Shown here in pieces: positions 57,072 to 64,000 of a DNA stretch of 64,000 bases (its first letter is position 1; every line of letters begins with the position of its first letter). The position numbers were made by a program, and so were the translations under genes. The stretch comes from the human T2T-CHM13v2.0 reference genome, Homo sapiens, in assembly GCF_009914755.1 (NCBI RefSeq), contig NC_060926.1; one strand, given 5' to 3'. The notes beneath the pieces are model-generated. The model worked only from the letters and a program-made list of their open reading frames with translations. It was not told the DNA's origin and did not search any database.

Positions 57072-57337
57072 TAGCTCAGATCCCAGCTCCTCTGAGAGGC
57101 GCTCCTTGGCTCTCCAGGCAGTGTTCAGTGATACAGCTCTTCTGTGCTCTAATTCCCTGTGCATATAACTTCTCTTGCATTTATCTCTCTGCATTATAGT
57201 TTTCCTTTTATATATCAGTCTCATCAACAAAAACATGTGAATTTGAGGGCAGAATCTTTGTCTCATTCACCTTTGATTTTCCCTTATATAGCACTTGACT
57301 TATAGTTTATGCTCAATAAATGTTTGCTGAATGAATA
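57072..57337 (+). mobile_element. L2 3' end
   Basis: CTCCTCTGAGAGGC..TGAGGGCAGAATCTTTGTCTCATTCAC..GCTCAATAAATGTTTGCTGAATGAAT. Confidence 0.75.
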
Positions 57338-57679
57338 GCGGAGTAAATAAATGGGCCTCCCAGAGCTTTCATTAAAAGGCTCTTCTGTTGTGAATTAAAT
57401 AAGTCTGCAGAGTCTAGTAAAATAGTAAGAATAGAGGTGATGCTCAACTAGCTCTTCATGATCTGGTTGTATTACCTGAGACACATAGACTGGGATCCCC
57501 TGAACAGGTGCCCCCAAGTACACAGAAAATGCTCAATATTTGTTTTGTTAACAAAAACAGTAAGGATTAAATGGATGACAATGAGCAGAAGAGATTATAA
57601 GGAGACCAGCTCCATCCTAAGCAGAGGATTTACTAACGGCTAGTACCAAGGCCTGAGAATTGCTCTGGTATCAGAAAAC

Positions 57680-57835
57680 AGAGATGCAAGGAAGACTTAG
57701 AGATCACATAATCTACATTCCTCGTTTCACAGGTGAGAAGTCTATGGCCCAATGAGAGAGATAGTTTACCAAAAACATGGGGCAAGTTAGCAGCAAAATC
57801 TAGGTTACAACCCAGAGCTCTTCACTACCCAGCCT
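57680..57835 (-). mobile_element. MIR (MIR3-like)
   Basis: GGAAGACTTAGAGATCA..CTCGTTTCACAGGTGAGAAGTCTATGGCCCA..AACCCAG. Confidence 0.6.
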
Positions 57836-58193
57836 GGGGATGCTTTTTGCGAAGATGCCCCTTGCCTGAACCACAGCCTGAGGTTTCCGTTATTTCAGCA
57901 TGCTCTGGTTTTCTAGTTGGATAAATAGAAGGTGAAATCAGGATGTTCCTATTCATCTCTGTTTGCCTTTTTTTTCCTTATTCCTTCCACTCTATATGCT
58001 GTTTGAACTGGACCCCTTCCCAGAGCAACTGCCCCTCTGTCAGCAATCTGCATGTGTCTAGAGACCTCGCTGCCCTGGGTGTTGAATCTCACCTACCAGG
58101 GTTTTGTTCTGTTAAATAAAAGCAAATCCTGCATCAGGCAACAAATACTTTCCAATTCTTGAATAATTGAAAGACTGGGCCCCAAGCCGCAGC

Positions 58194-58263
58194 AGGCTAA
58201 GAATTGATTAGAAATGGAGAAGTGGGGAGGCTAGGAATTGATTAGAAATGGAGAAGTGGGGAG
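58194..58263. repeat. 34-bp tandem duplication
   Basis: AGGCTA(A/G)GAATTGATTAGAAATGGAGAAGTGGGG x2, one mismatch. Confidence 0.95.
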
Positions 58264-58849
58264 CCAGCAGCCTGTATCACCCCTGTGGGTGTGGGGCACT
58301 CTACAGGGAAACCTCCTCCCTCAGGGACTGGGCATGGGCTCATGCTTATTTGTGGGACAGCAGCAAGAATTTTGCAAGGATTAGCTGCTCTATACCTTCA
58401 TAGCAAGCATGTGTTTCTGCTACCAAATTAATCTATATGGTAAAAGCAATGAAAATGCAGATTGCTTATTCTCCATCCCCAAGCCTGTGATAACCGACCA
58501 AGGGAACAGAGTGTGACTCAAACAAAGAGCTTCTAATTTTCTCAGATGGAAAATTAGTGAGAAGTAGGCCCATTTCTCACCTTAAACATGAGGACCAAGA
58601 AAATACAAAGTTCATTTTGATGCTCTCCTTTTCCAGGTCAGATAAAGAATACAAAATGCATGTCACATTGACAGCATTTCCCATCCTGCTATGGACTCTC
58701 CAGTCTCCTTTATTTCTTGTAACAACTCCACGAGGCAGACAGGATAGAGGCCTCCTTCATCGGTGGGAAATTGGGGAGCAGGGCAGGAATTGGACCCAGG
58801 ACTCTGGCCTCCCAACCAGACTTGTGTGATCCTCTGGGGTCAGCTGCTT

Positions 58850-59410
58850 CTAGTCAATACTGCAGCCACACCCATCCTTGCAAACTTCAAATAGGGTCAT
58901 CTCACTTCTCTGTTTAAATCTATCTTCTGTCAGTTATTTCCCATTATCCTTGGCATACAGACCAAAATCCTGACGGGGTTTCTCCACAATCCAGTCTATC
59001 CTCTATTTGTCCTGTAGTGGTCTCCCCAGCGATTGTCATGGCCCCAACAACAGCAGCTTAGGTGTTCATTCTTGGTAGAAGGACCAAGTTCTGTAGCTCT
59101 GGTCTTTTCATGTGTGTCCACCAGGCCTGGAACATTTCTAGTGAGCACCTTCTCATCACTCAAGGTTCTAGTAGATGCAACTTCCTCTAGGAAGTTCTCT
59201 AATCCCCAAGGAGATGAGCACCCCATGATGCACACTGCGATGGCATGCTCTACTCCCCATTTATCTCCCTCATAATCGCTGCTCCAGCAACTCCTTCCCA
59301 TCAGCCTGTGAGCTCCATTCTAGCCGGATCATGACTGTCAAGTTCATGTCTGTAAACCAGCACCTATTACAGTGTCTGGCTACCAGGAGGGCTTAGTAAA
59401 ATGAACCATG
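58850..59410 (+). mobile_element. L2 fragment
   Basis: TGCAGCCAC..TCACTTCTCTGTTTAAA..CTTCCTCTAGGAAGTTCTCT..CTGTGAGCTCC..CAGCACCTATTACAGTGTCTGGC. Confidence 0.55.
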
Positions 59411-59479
59411 GAATAAAAACCAAAAACAGAAACAGAATCAAAATTGTGCCACTAAAAGTGCTTACTATTTTTTCATTTG

Positions 59480-59670
59480 TGTTTTTGTTCCAATAAATAT
59501 TCATTTCTTTTGTCCACTATGTGCCAGGAACTGCTCTAGGCACAGAAGATACAACGGTGAAAAATACCAGGCAAAAATCTTTGCACTCATAGAGGGCTTA
59601 TGTTCTAGTTAAAGGAGACAGACAATGAAGAAAATTATCAAACAAAATGTACAGTTAGTTACATGGTGCC
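59480..59670 (-). mobile_element. L2 3' fragment
   Basis: CTATGTGCCAGGAACTGCTCTAGGCAC..GATACAACGGTGAA..TTCTAGTTAAAGGAGACAGACAAT. Confidence 0.7.
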
Positions 59671-60984
59671 TGACATCATCGTAGGGGTGGTATAGGGAGG
59701 AACTAGGAGATGTTTAAACATAGGTGCTGACCACAGGTAGCTAGAATTAATTCTCATGCTACCTTAGAGGTCCCTGCTGTCTATATTCCACTAAATTTCT
59801 TTTTTACCCAAGTCCCCTAATGGTGTACATTTAATTAGCTTTCTATTTTAATGCTACTTTAGCTCATTCTGGGATGATATATGGGTCAGGCATCATTTTG
59901 TTCCCATCAAATTATTTCCTTTGGATAAATTCTCAAATGGAGAATTATTTAATCAAAATGTACCTTTTGTAAGATCTCACAATGTACTTCCATTTTGTTA
60001 TCCCAACTAATTTTAGGAATTTATAAGGCCATTTAAGCAAAAATGGGTGCACTATTTTTATATATCATCAGCGGGACTGAAAACAAGTGTTGTTTGTTTG
60101 CTGTTATTATTTTAGTAGATTTGAAAAAAAGGTACTTCAAGGTTGCTTTCATTTTGACTTCTTTGATTCTCTCATTTTTATTTTTAAAATCTGATTGCCT
60201 GAATACAAAACACTGCTTTTTTACCTTCTGGAAGGCATAACTTTATTTGTTAAACCTGAGGTTCTTTGTATTTTCAACCAGAGAACAGAGACTGCATCAA
60301 AGACCAAGACAGGGAAGTAAATTACACAAAACAACAAGGTTTTTCCATTTGGACAACTGAATCATGAAAGCTACCTACAGTTGAAATATGAAAAAGACTG
60401 ATGGAGTCTGCAAGGCAAAACTGCCATGTTGGCACCTTATTAAATACTGGATTATAAAATACTTAAGGTAAATAAGCAATATTCACATGCAATACTAAGG
60501 CCTAGAGTTGACATGATTCCCAAGGGTTCAGAGAATATCAATAATTTTTGACCAATTGAAGAGTGGCCCTAAGGTAATTTTTTTAATCCTTTATTTGCTT
60601 TTGCTGAGTAAAAATTTTGAGGTTTACATTCTGAAGGCTTGATTATTCAGATTATTTCTATATAGCTAAATAAATTTGTAAGTAAAGGCTTTCTCAGTAC
60701 ATTATTTCATGTTAAAAATGATAATAGCTATTTAGACCACTTATGACTCTATTTTATTGCTATGATTAGCTTTAATATATAGCTTTTAAAATTGAATATG
60801 GGCTCTATCCCAACCGTCTTCAAATTTTTACTTTCAGAAATAGTGCTTGGAAATTTCAATTACTAATTTAATTCTACTATCAAATATGAGATGCTCTGCA
60901 CAATTTATGTTTTTCTTATTGTCTGGAAATTTTATATCAATTAGGTATCATGCCTTTTAGTTTCAACTAGATTTTATGTACCTG

Positions 60985-61935
60985 TATTATTTTTAAAAAA
61001 TGAAGCACAATTTACATATAACATCAACCATTTTTGAAGTGCATTTCTATGAGTTTGAAAATAAGATTATAAATAATGTACCAGCTTCCAGAATCAAGAT
61101 GTAGAACAGTTTCATTACCTTCAAACATATTCCCATACTCCTTTATAGTCAACCTCTCCCCATCTTCAGCCCCTATCAACTACTGATCTGTTTTGGCCTT
61201 TTCTAGAATATCACAGAAATGAAATTATGCAGTGTACAGCCTTTTGAGTCAGCCTCTTTCAATTAGCAGAATGCATTTGAGTTTCATACAGGGTGTTCCT
61301 TTATTTTGCTAAATATTGGTAAATAGTATTCCTTTGCATGTATATACCACAATTTGTCTATTTATTTTACTTTAAGTACATTTGCATCATTTTCAGGTCA
61401 GACCAATCATGGATAAAGTTGCTATATACATTCATGTACAAGTTTTTATCTCTTGTGGACAAACAAAACTGACAAATTGCTTTCCAAAATGGCTGAACAT
61501 GTTTTATTTTCATCCTATTGCAATCCATGAGCATTCCAGTTGCTCTACATTCTCATCAGCACTTGGCATTGTCTGCTGTTTTTATTTTAGCCTATTTATT
61601 TGGTGTGTATCCCATTGTGATTTTAATCTGCATTTTTTATGACTAATTAAGCTGAGTAAACTTTCATGGGCTTATTGGCCATCCATATTTTTTGATGAAG
61701 TGTCTGTTCAAATATTTTTTCATAGTTAATTGGATTAGTTGTTTTCTTATTATTGAGTTTTGAGTTGAGTTTATATATTCCAAATACAAGTCCTTAATAT
61801 TTTGCCAATGTTTTCTTTCAGTCTGTGGCTTGTCTTTTCATTTTCTTAACAGTACTTTTTTGCAAAACAGAAGTTTTCAATTGTGAAAAATTCTAATTTA
61901 TAATCATTTTTAACAGTATGCATTTTTGTGTTTTT
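60985..61935 (-). mobile_element. L1M (L1ME/L1MD-like) 3' fragment
   Basis: CAATTTACATATAA..ATCAAGATGTAGAACAGTTTCATTACC..CAACTACTGATCTG..ATGAAGTGTCTGTTCAAAT..CAGAAGTTTTCAATT. Confidence 0.85.
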
Positions 61936-62130
61936 GTTTTTTGCCCCTATCTTTTTTTTACTCCTAGTGACACCTCAACTGACCATGTTCAGCAGGAATG
62001 GTTTGGTCTGTTTCACTAGCACATCCAGTGGCTACTGAATCTCTTTAACATGAAGGAAGCAAATAAGAAGACATGGAAAGAACATCAAACTGAGAGTCAA
62101 GATGTCTAGATTCTTGTTTTGCCTTTAACC

Positions 62131-62170
62131 TTCAGCTAATGATTTAAATTCAGCTAATGATTTAAATTCA
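62131..62170. repeat. 18-bp perfect tandem duplication within a MIR
   Basis: TTCAGCTAATGATTTAAA x2 + TTCA. Confidence 0.9.
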
Positions 62171-62195
62171 CTAGACTTCCATTCCTTAACCTACA

Positions 62196-62366
62196 TTTTA
62201 TTTTTATTTATTTATTTATTTAAAGATAGGGTTTCTCTCTGTTGCCCATGCTGGAGTGCAATAGTGTGATCATAACTCACTGCATCCTTGACCTGAGATC
62301 AAGAGATCCTCCTGCCTCAGCCTCTGAAGTAGCTGGGAATGCAGGCATGAGCCACCACACCCAGCT
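62196..62366 (-). mobile_element. FRAM / Alu right monomer inserted in a MIR (about 62075-62470)
   Basis: (TTTA)n tail, single monomer ending GAGCCACCACACCCAGC; degenerate TSD CTTAACCTACAT/CTTATCTACAC. Confidence 0.85.
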
Positions 62367-63299
62367 CTTATCTACACTTTATAAATAAAACCTGCTTTAC
62401 CCATCTCAGGAATAATGAGGATAACATTAAATAAAAGATTCAAAAGTACTTGCAAAGTACTGGAAGGATTATACTTGCATAGAACATCACTAAAGAAACA
62501 TTTTCTGCTTCTAATAGCCTCCCATCAACTTTGATGAACTTACTTGGACCCCACATTACAAAGGTATTTCTGTAACTACAAACACAAAAACTCTTATATG
62601 TTAAGTACTCGGTGCATTCCTATTTTTCTCTAGAATATTCTTTAGCAACTTCAAACTTGCTTTTCATTCTATCAAATTTCTTTTTTAAAATTCCATATAT
62701 ATAACACTGGATAGTACTAGGATTTTATTTCAAAAACTTATATTTTTTTTAAATTTTTTCAAAAAGAAATGCCCTAACCAGCAACGTAATTGAGATTCCT
62801 TCCTTTGGACATTTGGCAGAAACGTCTTCTTTCATGAAATAGTGGTGTTATTTAATAATGAAGCATGATTTTTCCCCCTCTCTCTCTCAAAAGTGAAAAT
62901 TGAAGTATAGCAGAAGATTCAACATTCTCTAGGATATACATGTGTGCTTTTTCTAGTAAAACTAGATTTTAAAAAACAATATTTCTGTGAACAGGAATAT
63001 TTGTGGTTAAGCATTTTATCTATGTGGTTCTAAATATTGAAACTAATAAAGGAATACTTTTAAAGAAAAAAGGTTTAGTCTGTATAAGCACAGAGAGTGG
63101 ATAATATGCCACTATCACAAAGTTTTTAATACATTTGCTTAATATTTTTAAGTAAACTCTTTTTAATGTTAAAAAGTCTTTTTTCTAAGTTGTGTAGCTA
63201 ATTATGGCAAAATTGCTATTAGCTTATTTTGGGAAATAGGTAAATCTCACATTGAACTCTTGTGATAATGAGTCAGCACAAACCTACAATAATTATTTT

Positions 63300-63540
63300 T
63301 AAATGAAAATCAAATTGTGTCACCCCTCTAGTCAATGGCTTTGCCATCTCGCTCGGAGTGAAAGCCACAGTCCTCCCAAGGGCCCAATCTCAACGCCCCC
63401 TGCCACGTCCTCTCCCATCACTCTGTTCTCTTGCCTGCCCACTCCAGTTGACTGGTCCCCTTCCTCTTTCTTGTTCATTTCAGGCCTTATGCTCTTACTA
63501 GTGTCTTCCGCCTGGAATGCTTTTCCCTGGATAACACATT
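63300..63540 (+). mobile_element. L2 fragment
   Basis: TCAATGGCTTTGCCATCTCGCTCGGAGTGAAAGCCACAGTCCT..TCTTCCGCCTGGAATGCTTTTCCC. Confidence 0.65.
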
Positions 63541-63547
63541 CCTGGCC

Positions 63548-63678
63548 CAGGACCAGCTACATAATGTTTCATGCTCAGTGTAAAATGAAAAATGCTTTTC
63601 ACTACAAATTGGTAAGAATCACAAGATGGCAACAGCAGAGCATTAAACCAAGTGTGGGGTCCTGTGCAATTGCATGAG
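63548..63678 (-). mobile_element. MER45A (hAT-Tip100), interrupted by THE1
   Basis: CAGGACCAGCTACATAAT..CAGTGTAAAATGAAAA..CAAGATGGCAACAGCAGAGCATTAAACCAAG. Confidence 0.8.
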
Positions 63679-63681
63679 TGG

Positions 63682-64000
63682 TGTATTAGTCCATTCTCCC
63701 TCTGCTATTAGGACATACCTGAGACTGGGTAATTTATAAAGGAAAGAACTTTAATTGACTCACAGTTCCGCATGGCTAGGGAGGCCTCATGGAACTTACA
63801 ATCATGGTGAAAGGGAAAGCCAATATGTCCTTCTTCACACGGTGGCAGCAAGGAGAAGTGCAGATTGAACATGGGAAAAAACCCCCCGATAAAACTATCA
63901 GATCTCATGAGAACTCACTCACTATCACAAGAACAGCATGGAGGTAACCACCCCCATGATGCAATTACTTCCCAGCAGGTTCCTACCACAATACATGGGG
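63682..64000 (-). mobile_element. THE1C-like LTR (runs off window end)
   Basis: TGTATTAGTCCATTCTC..GAGACTGGGTAATTTATAAAGGAAAG..GTCCTTCTTCAC..GCAGCAAGGAGAAGTGC..GAGAACTCACTCACTATCA. Confidence 0.92.

Overview
This is mammalian nuclear DNA, almost certainly human or another primate. It is AT-rich and CpG-depleted, with no CpG island. I recognise no protein-coding exon, RNA gene or CRISPR array, and I could not identify the locus or any host gene. The window reads as intronic or intergenic sequence dominated by interspersed repeats. These include about 13 Alu/FRAM copies (many with readable target-site duplications, TSDs), L1 3' fragments, a near-full-length ancient L1M (about 28.0-35.3 kb) with nested insertions, and MLT1/THE1/MER54-like solo LTRs. 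DNA transposons (Tigger3b, a Tigger relic, MER85, MER5, MER20, MER94, MER45A) and many MIR/L2 relics are also present. Listed ORFs are repeat-derived or chance. Five observations stand out. (1) An 864-bp compound insertion, full Alu + about 475 bp of foreign DNA + Alu 3' end, sits inside one 16-bp TSD. (2) A 143-bp local copy of an L1PA segment lies 1020 bp downstream of its source. (3) A STAT/GAS motif cluster is followed by non-B-DNA tracts and an AP-1 palindrome at 52.4-54.1 kb. (4) Several strong plus-strand exon-like units may belong to a spliced non-coding RNA. (5) A MER85 keeps its CSB-PGBD3 palindrome. Subfamily calls come from memory of consensus sequences and need RepeatMasker/Dfam confirmation. 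Boundaries of old elements are approximate.
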